Of a DNA stretch of 64,000 nt, positions 24,891 to 37,344 are shown one piece after another. Each line of letters opens with the position of its first letter. The first letter of the stretch is position 1. Under the pieces are notes generated by a model. The model was given only the letters and a program-made list of their open reading frames with translations. It was not told the DNA's origin and did no database searches. The position numbers were made by a program, and so were the translations under genes. Origin of the DNA: Nageia nagi (taxonomy: Eukaryota; Plantae; Pinophyta); contig JBITNC010000001.1 of the NCBI GenBank assembly GCA_050084985.1, positions 197,036,001-197,100,000 on the forward strand. Direction: 5' to 3'.

Positions 24891-26720
24891 CTCTCCCTTG
24901 AGGAATACTTCATCAACCCAACTTCAAAAAGGGGTTTGGTGAATAAAGGATGTTTGGATTTTGAGTAGAAAAGTCCATTCCATACCAAAGCATCCAATTG
25001 TAGTGATTAAAATTATGGTCCATCTTCTTTAGGATCCACAGAAGGTTTAGATGCTATATCCTTTGGAATGCAAATACCAAAGTGTTAAAGGATATCCTCA
25101 TACATGGATGCCCTTTTCTTTAACTTTTCTTTTAATCATCTCATTTTGTAGAGGCTATTGCTTTCATCATGCCTAATTTGTATCATTTCACTTAGCCAAG
25201 AGTTCATTGTAATATTGTATGCATACAACTTTTTCTCTTTGCACCATATCATAATTATGGATCATTATCTTCATCTCGACCTCTATCGCAATGAGTTCAT
25301 GGCAAAGGTAGGCATTCTTTAAGTCTTCCCATACATTTGTTTTCTCATTATAATTCAAGGAAGCACTTCTTATGTTTGCGATAAAATTCTCTATGGGATT
25401 CATGATGATCAACCTATCGCTCATGATTAAATTATCCCATTTAATAGTCTAGATGAGAGAGAAAAATAACATAGTGATATCACTATCACTTAATAATCAC
25501 ACATCTTATTAGTACTATCATTATTGCAATCCTAACATGACATTATGTATATGAAATCTAATCAATTAAATGATTTAAAGATGAGATATTTTATCTCCAT
25601 GGATTCGTTGTCCAATGAATCCTTTTTTTTTAGTTGACATAATTATTATATTTTGATCATATAAAATCTTTTTCATTATAAATAGTTGTAAATGATCCTC
25701 ATTTTTTTATGCTTTGTATTTATGATTTTAGGTAAAAAAAATTTCTCTGTTAGCCTTCATAAATGTTTTTTGGTTTCATGCCCTACTAAGCAATCTTTAG
25801 GATAACATAATGCATCAAAGCATTCATGCAGCATTAGAGAATCTCTCCTTTATCACCTCTAAGGTCTTATTGCAATAACGACTAGTATTTTTTCAATTAT
25901 ATCTAGATGATCATTATGGTATTTGCATGATCCATCATCTCAATCATGATAATCATGTTCATCTATTATTTCATTTGCTCAGTTGACCTGATTGAAAATG
26001 GCATATAATGGTCTATACCCCGTTCAATCACTATCTTTTGCAATTTATACGCTATATCGGATCACCTTCCTTGCATCCATAGGAGTGTTTTGAATCACTC
26101 ACTATTGCATAGGAAGTTCATTAGCATATTCTATAGTGGTCATCCACTTACTCTTTTCACATCGCTTGGCAAGGTAAACATCAAATTTTACATCATTGAT
26201 TTTCTTTTTCTTATCACTTTTTATCTCTTTCACATCAATACCTTTAGGATTTGGCACATCAAATTCTAATGCATTTGAAAATGATTCTAATTCTTTTAAT
26301 TCTAATGACTATTCATAATAACAAGTGCCAAACATGCTATAAGCACCACCCACTTAGGCTTATCAGTGGAAATCTTTTCTAACTTTTTAATAAAGTATGC
26401 AATTCATGTCTCACATCTTTGATTAAATAATCAATGGTCAAGTATATTATTACATTGGTCTTTTTTATTTTTATTTTGATCCATTTTGATGTTCTCATTT
26501 ACAATCGATGATCTAATTATTTTGCAATTCTATAAGTTATTTGATCACCATTAAAGCCACAAAAAACTTTTAAAGCCACAAAAAACTTTTAAAGCCACAA
26601 AAATAATAATGTCTACTTAATTTTGTCACTATTAAGGACATATTAAACAATCCAAACTTCTTCATAATAAATCAAACTTGTTCAATCAAGGATAAAATCA
26701 AATCTTTTTAACCACTCCAT
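24891..26720 (-). pseudogene. Telescoped, highly diverged gag-pol remnant of element C
   Basis: Collinear motif ghosts: ILD*TS (gag start), GGAY..LELKELESFSN..VKEIKSDKKKKINDVKFDVYLAK (INT core), DSD*TGYRPLY, AIEVEMKIMIHNYDMV..LLAK (RT start), NGLFYSKSKHPLFTKPLFEVGLMKYSSRES (RH tail; TTTATTCACCAAACCCCTT identical to B). Confidence 0.65.
26551..26603. repeat. 19-bp tandem repeat x~3
   Basis: TTAAAGCCACAAAAAACTT repeated at 26551, 26570 and 26589 (third copy partial). Confidence 0.9.
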
Positions 26721-27019
26721 TAAAAAAATTTGCAACTACGAAGAAGGGTAGACCTTTTAACTACTCTATAAAAAAAATGTAATTATGGAGAAGGGTGAAC
26801 TTTTTAACTACTCTATCAAAAAACATTTGCAACTATAGAGAAGGGTGAACCTTTTAACTACTTCAAAAAACTTGCAACTATGGAGAAGGGTAGACCTTTT
26901 AACTTCTCTATCAAAAAATTGGAACTATGAAGAAGGGTAGACCTTTTAATTACAAAAAATTGCAACTATGGAGAAGGGCAAACCTTTTAACTACTCCATC
27001 AAAAATTTGCAACTATGGA
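26704..27019. repeat. ~41-50-bp tandem repeat (~7 copies) at the leader/ORF junction of C
   Basis: Unit CTTTTAACTACTCTATCAAAAAATTTGCAACTATGGAGAAGGGTAGAC. Confidence 0.9.
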
Positions 27020-27249
27020 TATCAATAAGATTAGTATCATAATTTTAATAAGAGTTATAATTTAATCAATGATACAAGATTTACAATTGCATAGATTAAT
27101 GTGCACATTCTCATCACAATCCATAAAAAAGATTATTTGCATAAAATATTTGCATCATCATACATGAGCAAGAATAATCAACATGTGCATAATTAGATAT
27201 CTATATATCTAACATTTTATTGGTACCACATAACCAACAAAAGGAGTAA

Positions 27250-27845
27250 TGTTGAGATTATTTTCTCATAAATTAGGCCTTCACCTAAATGCCCACAAAA
27301 TAGAGCCTAGGTCCTACCAATCCTTAACCAGTTCCCCTTGGGTAGCAATATACTCTCATAAGGAGAAGTACTAGCTATTTTTTAAGGTTTTAACATTTAT
27401 TGGATTGACCAAATTAATTATCTTAATTATATTTTTAATTTTTCTCCTAGGTTATCAGGATAATCTTTGAATGGATGTGCGGACATATGGTATCACTACA
27501 GACATACCTGTCCACTTATATTAAGTTATATCCATACCAATAAAGGACTTAGGGGAAATTGAGAAGTATGAACTTTTCACCACTTGGATCAACAAACTAA
27601 AAATCTCCAGTCTACCTTTCCTCACATCATGGCTCCCTAAACAAGTCATGTTGCAAAATAAAAAATATCGGATGTATTCATTTTAGGGGGTTGCACTTTT
27701 ATTGTTTGCATGATTTGCAAAGTATATAAGATAAATATGCATAAAGTGCTTTAAAATGAAACTTCATCCAAGCATCATCCATAATAATGAACCTAAAAGT
27801 CTAATGGGTTTTATCACAACCCCTAGTGGAACTCTTTTACATATG
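27250..27845 (-). promoter_or_regulatory. Conserved leader block of element C
   Basis: Reverse complement matches B 17450-18070 and E 57940-58490 (e.g. GATTATCCTGATAACCTAGGAG, GGGGAACTGGTTAAGGATTGGTAGGACCTAGGCTC, GTGAAGGCCTAATTT). Confidence 0.55.
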
Positions 27846-28729
27846 TTTGTAAAAACTTTAAGTAATAAGAAATTAAGAAATTCTCCCCCTTTTTACTTAA
27901 AAATGTATACATAATTCATTCTTGCATGCATTTATAACAAGAAGTTTTCCCTTTTAAAAATTCATATATTTAGCAAGATTAATGCAAAAGATTCAAAAAA
28001 ATAATTTATGAGAGAAAAAATAAATAATTGCTAAGGCATTTCACCATTAACTTAGCAAAATTTTAGCTTTAGGTAAAAAATAATTCTCTTAATTTTGAGT
28101 AAAAATATTCTTGCTAAAAAAATGCACCATTTTACTTTATCTTACTAAAAAAAATTAGCCAAAAAATTGCAAGGAATTACTTGTAATATTATCTCCCATG
28201 ATAAAATAATTTTTTGGAAGACTTAGGATTCCTAAGTGCATCACAAAAATAATTTAAATAAATTAGGAGATTAACTTAGTAAAAAAATAAAAGGGTGGGT
28301 GAGCAAAAACAAATACCCATTAAAAAGGTTTTAGGAAAAAAAATGCTCCCTCTTTTAAAAAACATATGATTCCCTTAGAATCCAAGAATAACCTTAGGAT
28401 ATCCCCTTAGGATTCCTTATTTTTGAAAAATCTTGTCCCCCTCTTTTGTTAAAAAATAACCTAGGATTATCCCTTGTTGTAAAAACAAATTGACATTCCC
28501 ACATGTAATTTAATAATTTATTGTAATAAAGCAAGACTTTATTCATTAAAGTCCAATGAAGCCATGTGAAATAATGAGCCTAGTATGTTTAAAAAATGAT
28601 AAATTTTATACATTAGAGCCCATGAAAAGTAGCTTTTGAAAAAAAATAACTTTAGCATAAAAAAAATATGCTATGCTACTTTACTTTCAAAATAAAAAAT
28701 GCTTCATCACAATGCTAGCATTGTAATCC

Positions 28730-29035
28730 TTAGCCAGTCCATGAATTGCAGAATGAGAGATGGGGTTATGGAGGGTTGCAAAGGTCACAACATGTGGAGG
28801 CAAGGGTGGTGAGGTTGACAAGAGGTAGCCATCCCATAAAGTGGCTATGCCTCCCCTTGTGGTGGCCATCCCACAAAGGGTTACATGCTAGCCCATTGGA
28901 CAATAGCTAGCCAGCCCCTACGGGGTGTGGCTAGCCAGTTCCTATGGGAAAAGGCCTCCTATGGGACAGCTAGCCAAACCTTATGGGTGGCAGCCTCCCT
29001 TGGGCCAGCTAGGCCCTATGGGAAACCAACCTCTT
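28730..29035. other. GC-rich island with short GCTAGCC / CCTATGGG repeats in the leader of C
   Basis: Abrupt GC enrichment in very AT-rich flanks; gctagcca and cctatggg recur several times. Confidence 0.6.
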
Positions 29036-29995
29036 TTATATATATATATTAAAATTTATTTTTATTTTTTTAATATAAAATAGAAAAGTTTTTTTTTAAA
29101 TATATAATATTGCAAAAAAATTTCAATAATAGTGTTTTGTAAAGTTGTATAAAAAAAAATTATTTTTGTAAACCTAGTTAAAAAAAAATTGTATGCTTCT
29201 TTTTCTTAAGATCTTAGCATAGTATTACAAATCTAATTATTCATAATTAGATTTAACTATGTAAAGAAAAATTAGATTTACTAATTTTCATAATATCTTA
29301 GCGTCTAACAATAGAAAATTGTTACCTGTAACAAATTACTAACATGTAATTAGAAAAAATCTAATTAAATTTGAGCCCATTAACCTCAAGTAAAGCATGT
29401 TATTACAATCATCAAAAATTGAGCTTAAACATGTCTTAAAATCATAGTATTTGCAATATAAACATAATAAATGTTAGATTTAACAAATTACTAACATGTA
29501 ATTAAGGTAACCTTTTACCTTAAATTTGAGCTCATTAACCTTAAAGTAAATCTATTTAAAAAAGTTTTAATTAACAAAATAATGTTAGCTTCAAAATAAC
29601 ACATTATTGCTATACATTAAGCAAATTTACTCAAAATATGCAACTAACAAAGAAATAATGTTTGTAAAAAAAATGTAATAGCAATAATATGTAAACTAAC
29701 ATAAACACAAATTGTTAGTATAACCATAAAATATGGTAATAATATCAATGTAAGTCATAATAAGCAAATTTTCAAGATCACAAAATGTTAGTATCATGAT
29801 AAAAATGATTAAAAAATTTGTAAAAAAGAATGATTTAAGAAATAAAAACTAAAAATATATGGTTAGTATTATAATAATCCAAAATCAACGAAACAAAGAG
29901 GTAGAAGATTATACCTTCACTTGATATTACCTCAACAAGGATGAAATTGAAAGAGATGAATCTTCAAGAGTGATGATGAGTAGCCTCCAAACTTG

Positions 29996-30007
29996 GCTAT
30001 GATACCA
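29996..30007 (-). other. Primer-binding site (tRNA-iMet) of C
   Basis: Minus strand TGGTATCATAGC, 2 nt after the 5' LTR. Confidence 0.85.
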
Positions 30008-30009
30008 CT

Positions 30010-30455
30010 TGATAGATCTAACCCTATAAGTGTAAATCCTAAACTACCAATATCTCTTGAAGAACTACAATATCAACACAATAGCATGAATCATAAACCA
30101 ATCTCACATAGAACAAGAGACACAATATAAAGTGGTTCCTCCCTCTTTGGGAGTACATCCACAAACTAAGATCTCATTACTCTAGATAGACTCTCTTACA
30201 ATCTATAATTCTACTCCTACAACCATTATTTATGCATAACATTGCTCCTAAAACTTATGTATATTACAATAGAGGAGGCCCTCTATTTATAGGATAAAAT
30301 CCTCACCTTAACCTCCCTTTTACGTAAGGGTAAGGTTAAGGTTTTACAATATAATATTCATTAAACATATAAAGGTATCTAGTGATACTTTAAGTGTTTA
30401 ATTGGTTACATAGAGGTAAACATTAATTCTCCAAATTACATTACAAATTATAACA
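30010..30455 (-). repeat. 5' LTR of element C
   Basis: Collinear with 22872-23320; TG...CA termini. Confidence 0.92.
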
Positions 30456-30654
30456 AAACCAGTTATGGTTAATGATTATATAGTAAACTATTTTTTCAAA
30501 TGGTATTGTAATAAGTCTCAAACTAAGATCTTGCTTATTTCTCAATGATGTAAAAGTTCTCATCTCCATTTGTATCTCTTTGGAGGATAACTCTCTCTTA
30601 CTCTTTCTTTCTTGTTTTTTGTATGCCTTATCCTAATATTAAATTAAGGGGGAG

Positions 30655-30738
30655 TGTTAAATTTTGTAATGTAATATTGAGTAATATTTCTCTTTAATGT
30701 AAACTCAATTAATACTTAAAGTATCATTAGATACCTTA
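30655..30738 (+). repeat. Truncated 3' LTR of Copia B
   Basis: Follows the PPT at 30646-30654 and matches the start of the 5' LTR (15723-~15806), then switches abruptly to element A sequence. Confidence 0.85.
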
Positions 30739-30744
30739 GGATAA

Positions 30745-33700
30745 TTATTCACGATAATGATGATGGGTAAAAGATGCCCAATGGCATCTAAGCAAACTCA
30801 AAAGAAAAATTTGAGTTACAGTTACTGAAGGAGTTTATATTACCTATAATAAAATAGACCATTCCATTATGTGGATACTTCAAGAATCTATGCAAATTCG
30901 AAGGAATGACCTCCATATATTCTATCCATGGGAAACCTAAAAGCAAGTTATACTACATTTTTCCCTCAATCACATGACATATCATTTCAATCTCTCTAAC
31001 TCCAACCTTCACTAGAAGGATAAATGTGCCCATTATCATCACCAAAGTATTGTTGAAGGGCTTAATTATAAGTGTAGGAGCATTCAAGAACTTTATAGGG
31101 ACCTTTAACTCTCAAGTGCCATAGATGATATGACATTGATAGCTAACCCATTATCTACTAACACTCTTTTTGATGGGTGAGAATCCACATAAGCCATAAT
31201 GTACAAAGTAGGATGCTTAGGCATATCAGGATGAGAATGTTGAATCTCATCCTGAAAGAAGGTAATGCTTGGCCTAGTGGTGCTCTAAACAACCCCTATA
31301 AAGTCTCCAAAATAATTATGATTTTTACTATATAACTCAATAGACTTCAAAATATTATTCAAAGCATTCATATGTTCAAAATATTACTACAATAAGTCCC
31401 ATAAGGAAAGCTTTATTTGTGTGATCCAAAGTTATTGTTCCAGTTGAGTCTAAATGGTTACTAGGGCTCTAAGAGGTTGCATATGAATCTGTACTCAAGG
31501 TTGAGGTAATATTTTTTAGATTCATGTATCCCTAGGGAAAGGAGGAGGTTCTATATCATTACCTCAACCTGTTCTAGTGGTGATCCCAATCATATTACTA
31601 TCATGGACCTTTACAATCTGATATGTCGAAGGTGGATCCATGAAATCCATAAATTCAAAGTTTGGGGTTATATCAATACCTCCAATAAAGGGAAAATGTG
31701 AATTTATATCAGCAAAGCTCATGAACTCATTATTTTGTCTAGAATTATATTCCAGTATGACCTATTGTGTAGGCTTAGACAAGATCTAATTAAAATTATT
31801 ATTGTGCCTAGGCAAGGGGTCCTGAAATACACCCAAGTTTTAATCGAGTTGAGCCATAATAATTCCTATTGACACTTTCCCATTATCTATTATCCTTTGT
31901 ATGGTGTTTCTTAATTGATTTCATTCATTTTTATAATATCCCTTTTATCTATGATAAATGCAATACTCATTTTCCTTATACCATGTTGGTTTCTCCACAT
32001 TTGGATCTTCAGGTTTGACTTTGATTAGATTGATCAATTGTGCATTTAAGATTTTCTTTAAAACTTCTTCAATAGGTTTAGCCAAATATGTCCAAGGTTT
32101 ATGTGGCCTTGGTTGTTGATGATGCCTAGGTTTGTAAGCCTCTTATTGATTATTTTTATCATTTTTTCTAGGTCTTTCCAAAACTTATGTTTGTGGGGAT
32201 TTTCCTTGGGTGGTCATGGAGGAGCGAATTGAACCACCAACTATGTTTGTGCTACCTCATAAGATACCTGATTATTTTATGGATTTTGATATGAAGTACT
32301 AGGATTATTTCCATTATTGTAGTACTTTTGATTATTGTTCTCTTTCTTGCTCAATTTGATTTCATTGTCTTGAACTTTAGCCTCCTCTATTAACTTAGCC
32401 TAAGATAACTCCTCTTCAAAGGTGTGATGTTGAATTCTAAGGATAGATGAAATATGATTATTACAGCTCCTAGAGAATAATTTGACTAATTCCTCTTGTA
32501 GAAAAGTATAAGGCATATCTATAACAATGGGCCTCCACTTACATACGTAATCTAATGTAGACTTATCAAATTGTGAGAGCTTCCCCAAGTTTGTAATTGA
32601 AGATCTCTTACATATATTGATGGAAAAATGATCTAAGAAGTTATCGACCAACTATTCAAAGGAATAAATATTATGCTATAGAAGTTTGTTATACCATTCT
32701 AAATCCTATCCCGCTAATGTCATAGGGAAGGTCCTAAACATAAGCACATCATTACTAATAATGTAGCATGAATACTTAAACTGATGAAGATGCTCCTTGG
32801 GATCTTCCTTGCCTTTGAACTTGTTAATTTTAGGTATCTTAAAATTGTATGGAAAGGTTTTGGTTGGTACATTGGGATGAATTAGCTCATTATAAATTGA
32901 ATTATAGGACAACTTTGCCTTTCCATGCTCATTGACTTTAAGCTCCATGTCTTTCAAACTCTTTAAGATCTCATCATTGACTATGAGAGATTGGGTATTA
33001 ACTATAGCCTATTATTTTTGTACGATGTTGATGGTTTGGCCATAATACTGCTCATATGGATCATTTTAATATGGATCTAGGTCTTGTATGTATGATTGGT
33101 CATAACTATGTTATGTATTGAATGTTACCTTTGGTCCAAGGTTTGGAGGATTTTGACCCAAAACCCCTCTAGTAAAGGGATACTACAACTCATTATGACC
33201 AAGAAATTGAGTAGGCCCATATGAAAAGGCTTGGAAAATATAGGATGATTCATCATACCTAAGATCATAATGGGGTACCAGGGAAATGGGATGGGCATAC
33301 ATGTGATGAGGATCTATAGCCTGATGTGTGTATACCTATTGGGATGGCACCACCACACAAGAAGAAGATTAATAATTTGGATATGGTGGTGGATTGGTCA
33401 AACATGAGGAATTCCCATGTCCTAAATGGAATTTGGATTGAAAAATAGGCTAAGAATGAGATATGGGAATGTGAGGTATGCTAGGATGGATAGGATGAGA
33501 ACTAACATGGTGAACCAACTCAAAATAATACAAAAGATGAGACATAAGCTAATGGTTAGGTTAGTTTGTAAGATTCGTATCTTCATAGTAATACCCAACC
33601 CAATCATCAGAAGGAGGTGGAGGAGTCTTATGGTATGTAAGAGCATGGGGTTTTGGACTGATAGGGTGTGAAGGTGGAGGCCTAGGTAGTCCACTTGGAG

Positions 33701-34516
33701 GAGGATGTGAAGGACCATGATAAGGCTAGAATGTAGAGGGTCTAGGGTGTAGAAGTGGTTTATCATGTGATGCACCAATATAAGAGGGACCTACAATGTA
33801 GTAAAGGCTTAAAATGATATGAAATATTTGGAATATCATCAATTATATATCATATAGCAAGATGAAGGGGGAATGACCTAGTATCAGGTGATAGGGAATC
33901 ATCTTCTATATGTCCATTCGATGTCTCCCCATCATATGGATGAACCCTAGGTTGAGGGATATCAATAATAGGATGTGGATGAGGTGAAGTCTCCCTATAA
34001 GGTACATCTAAAGGGTAACCTTGAGCTTCCTAAAACTATATATATAAAGGTTGAATCATAGGATCACTAAGAAACATCTTGTGGGGAGATAGGTGTGACT
34101 TAGAAGGATAGACGAGAAGGTGGATGGAACTAGGTCATGGTATAGATGCATGATGATCTAAATCATGCTATGATACATGGTAAGAATCATCCTAAGGGGG
34201 GTCTACATGATGATGTGTAGAAGGTATCTCTAAAGAAAGGTGATCCTCTATCCAAGATAGGCTAGTCCTACGGGGCATCACACGATATTGCAACTCCTAT
34301 GAAGTGGTATCCTCAAGGAAATGAAACCTTTCTAAAGTCTAAAGGAATGAAAGATGGAGTGATGTTAGAATGAGCTCACTGTATGTGAATGATGAGGTGT
34401 GTGTGACCTACTATGAGACACTTATGAAGGGGAATAGGATGTTATTGATTTACTTGGTTAGCTCATTCCTCTTCCTCTAACTCTCTAGCCCTATGCTAAG
34501 CTCTAGTTTCATCCAT
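30745..34516 (-). pseudogene. Element A gag (long Pro/His-rich N-terminus) and protease, degenerate
   Basis: MDETRA*HRARELEEEE start; FPYNFKIPKINKFKGKEDPKEHLHQF...LMFRTFPMTLAG gag core; WYKENEYCIYHR*KG knuckle; KRVLVDNGLAINV and YNLLLGFPWIEYMEVIPSNLH protease. Confidence 0.88.
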
Positions 34517-36137
34517 ATGAACATGCCAAGGATTTTTTCCCCTAGAAGGTGCATGAGACATGATGATAAAGGTGGAATAAAAAGATGACAAAGGTGGAAA
34601 AGTATGGACCAAACAATAACTCTAAGAAAAATCAAAGCATACAACAAAATGAAATAATGCTTAAAGTAGTAAATTACCAAGAAAAGAGCCTAAACTTTTG
34701 TTAAACATCTTACTTAATATAGATGTAATTAACACCAAATAACCTATATGATCATTTCAAAGATAAACTATATGATAAGAAGTAGTAATGATAGATAGAA
34801 ATAGTATTTAGCATGTTTATTTGCTTCTTGTTCAATTTGAAGTATTATATTTTTAGTGAATTAATTTTAAATGCAATTGTAAATTTTGACTCATTTTAGT
34901 TTTACTAGAGATGATTCTAGTTAGGCATTTTTGGGTTAGGCTTAATATCTAGGGGGTGAATCATTTTACAAGGGTGTTTCAAGTACCCCTACTCACATTC
35001 CTCATGATTATGGGGCCTTCCACCTTGGTGATAAAATCTAAGTATGGGTTAGGCCATGGAAATTATGCCCACATACCCTAGTAACTCCCTAAGCTTATGA
35101 TGGACTTTTAGTACAATAAGAAAATATGAGATGCAATCCTAGGATGATAATGCAATGCAATTACATCTCCCAAATACTTTCTTTTCAAAATAAAATCCAA
35201 GGCACTCCCACTCCAAGGATGCTAAAGCAATAAAATTTTCTATTTTTTTTTTCAAATAAAAGCCAATGCAAAGACACCAATTCTTTTGTATGCAATCAAA
35301 AATTAGCAAACAAAGCACCAAAACTAGTAAGGAAACCCTTATTCAAGATGTAAATTTTAAGTGCCAAATGAGATTTCCAAGTGTATGCACCACTCCACCT
35401 AAAATGCAATGCAAATTTCACTAAAGAGAAGTGGTAATCCTATATACAAAGAGCAACCAAACAGTATTGACTAGGTATAAAAAGGAATCCAAATACTAAC
35501 ACAACCCAAGAACATTCCTTCCCACTCCTTTCTAGATGATTGAATGAAATTTACAACACTCTACCATAGGATTTTCTAGTACAGGGATGATTCTAGTAAA
35601 AGTTCCAGTCTTTCAAGTGATCAACAGTCATCTGAACAACCATAGGTTCACTTAGAGTCAAAATTAAATGCTAAAATAAATGAATAAAAACCTTATGATA
35701 AAGGAAACTAACTCATATTATGATAAGGAAATCTAAAATTGTATATATAAACCTAATAGTGGACTGTTATCCCCACTACAGATAAGATTAAGTGCAAGAA
35801 AATACCATAATAGTAATAAAAATAGGTCTATAGTCAAAATTGCCTAGCTGTATAGTGATTATGCAAATCATCTAGATGACCTTGGGGTTGTCCCTATGAA
35901 GGGAAATTCATGTTCAAGATTAATAAGCTAAAGGATTATTTATATTCTATTTACAATGGATCTTCAAGGTTTTCATATCTAGTTCTATCCATGCTCAATA
36001 AGGTACCCTACAAATTACAACAAAAATTAATGATAAAGTCTCTCTAGATTGTAAGAAATGTCCAAAACTTTAAACCACTAACAACAATGTAAAGGCTCAA
36101 GAATCCTCTTATGTCTTAGGGTTTTAGGACTAGTAGG

Positions 36138-36154
36138 TCCCACTGTGATCACCA
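36138..36154 (-). other. Primer-binding site of A, complementary to tRNA-Arg(UCG)
   Basis: Plus strand TCCCACTGTGATCACCA resembles the plant tRNA-Arg(UCG) 3' end TCCCACTGTGGTCGCCA (recalled from memory) with two G>A changes. Adjacent to the LTR. Confidence 0.75.
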
Positions 36155-36155
36155 T

Positions 36156-37344
36156 TAGTGAATGGTTCAAAATCCTAGCACCTAGATCACTTAAACCATC
36201 TATAAGCACTCAAAGAATCTTGAATCATTCAAATCTAATTTTCCTATGATGTGATTTGACAAGAATGACAACAAAGAGTTTAGGGATAGTCCTTTATGCT
36301 TCAATGTTACAAATGATGTTTATATCTAAAAAGAAAAATAACAAATATTAGTGGAGACCTCAAATCATAAGTCCTTTGGACCTTGTGATTGTCTAATTGA
36401 GGTGACACCCCAACTCCAAGAGGTTGTAGGTACCCTAATCCACAATCAAATGGATGATATAAAAGATCACAATGCTTAAATTGAAATAATGATTTAGACT
36501 CATAAAGACTACAGAAAAATTCTTAGACAATGACAAATGAAAAAGATCGTTGACAAAGCTATGATAAAGATTTAACAAAGATAATGTATGCTCAAGGATC
36601 TATCTAAATGACAAAGTATGATAACAATGAATATGAATTTAAAGCTACAAATAATATATCTAAAGTATAAAATGAAAGAGACAAAATAAAGAACCTTCAA
36701 ATCCTAAGGTTTGGACCTTAAAGGTAAAACCCTAGCCTAAAACCCTAGGATGAATTAGCTTAAATAATGCCTATATGATAAGAACAAATGCAAATCTATA
36801 ATTAAATGAAGGATACAAGTCTTCAATTAATAATGCTTTGAGCTTCCAATATGGAATTAGCCATGAAATCAACCATTAATAACCTGAGAAAACCTCAAAT
36901 GATAAAAAGGTACCTCAATCCATGAAGCATGGAGAAGTGTGTCCAAGGTGTGAAGAGGAGAGCTTAAGATGTGATGTAGCCTTTGCAGTGATATCACAAA
37001 ACATTGGTATGAGCATAGGAAAGTGTAGAGGTAACAAATTCCATACAAGAGCATGTCAAAATATGAAAGAAGAGTCTCAAAATGTGTACCTTCTTACTTT
37101 TATAGAACTCAATAAGGATCATCCGGGTGACTATGATACCTGCAAGATCATCTAGACAACTAACAAGTCATCCGAATGACTAGGGAAAAATGTGTTTAAC
37201 ATAACCTAAAGCCTAAAACTAATTTTATCACTTCAATTGAAGGACCTAAAAAATACACATTAGCCCAACATGATAGTATGATAAATGTCAAAATGTCAAT
37301 GTGACCTTGTCAATGATGCAAAATGCATTTTTAGGGTGTTTGCA
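36156..37344 (-). repeat. 5' LTR of element A
   Basis: Collinear with 3748-4928; followed by the TSD CTCTT. Confidence 0.93.

Larger units (their letters stand above)
22872..30455 (-). mobile_element. Element C: non-autonomous Ty1/copia related to B and E, nested in the 3' UTR of B
   Basis: LTRs 22872-23320 and 30010-30455. TSD AAACT/AAACC (22867-22871, 30456-30460). PBS and PPT present. Leader and 3' UTR homologous to B and E, but no normal gag-pol. Confidence 0.9.
15723..30738 (+). mobile_element. Element B: Ty1/copia LTR retrotransposon nested in the PR-RT linker of A; 3' LTR truncated
   Basis: 5' LTR TG...CA, Met PBS, gag-PR-INT-RT-RH, and PPT AAGGGGGAG at 30646-30654 followed by ~84 bp matching the 5' LTR start. 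Confidence 0.9.
3748..37344 (-). mobile_element. Element A: full-length Ty3/gypsy Tat (Ogre-type) LTR retrotransposon, interrupted by Copia B and C
   Basis: Paired LTRs 3748-4928 and 36156-37344. TSD CTCTT at 3743-3747 and 37345-37349. tRNA-Arg PBS and PPT present. Minus-strand domain order gag-PR-RT-RH-aRH-INT plus an antisense extra ORF. Confidence 0.92.

Noticed and set aside
36869-37155. ORFs within the LTRs of A (also 4468-4650)
   Set aside because: Similarity simply reflects LTR duplication; short and without a domain.
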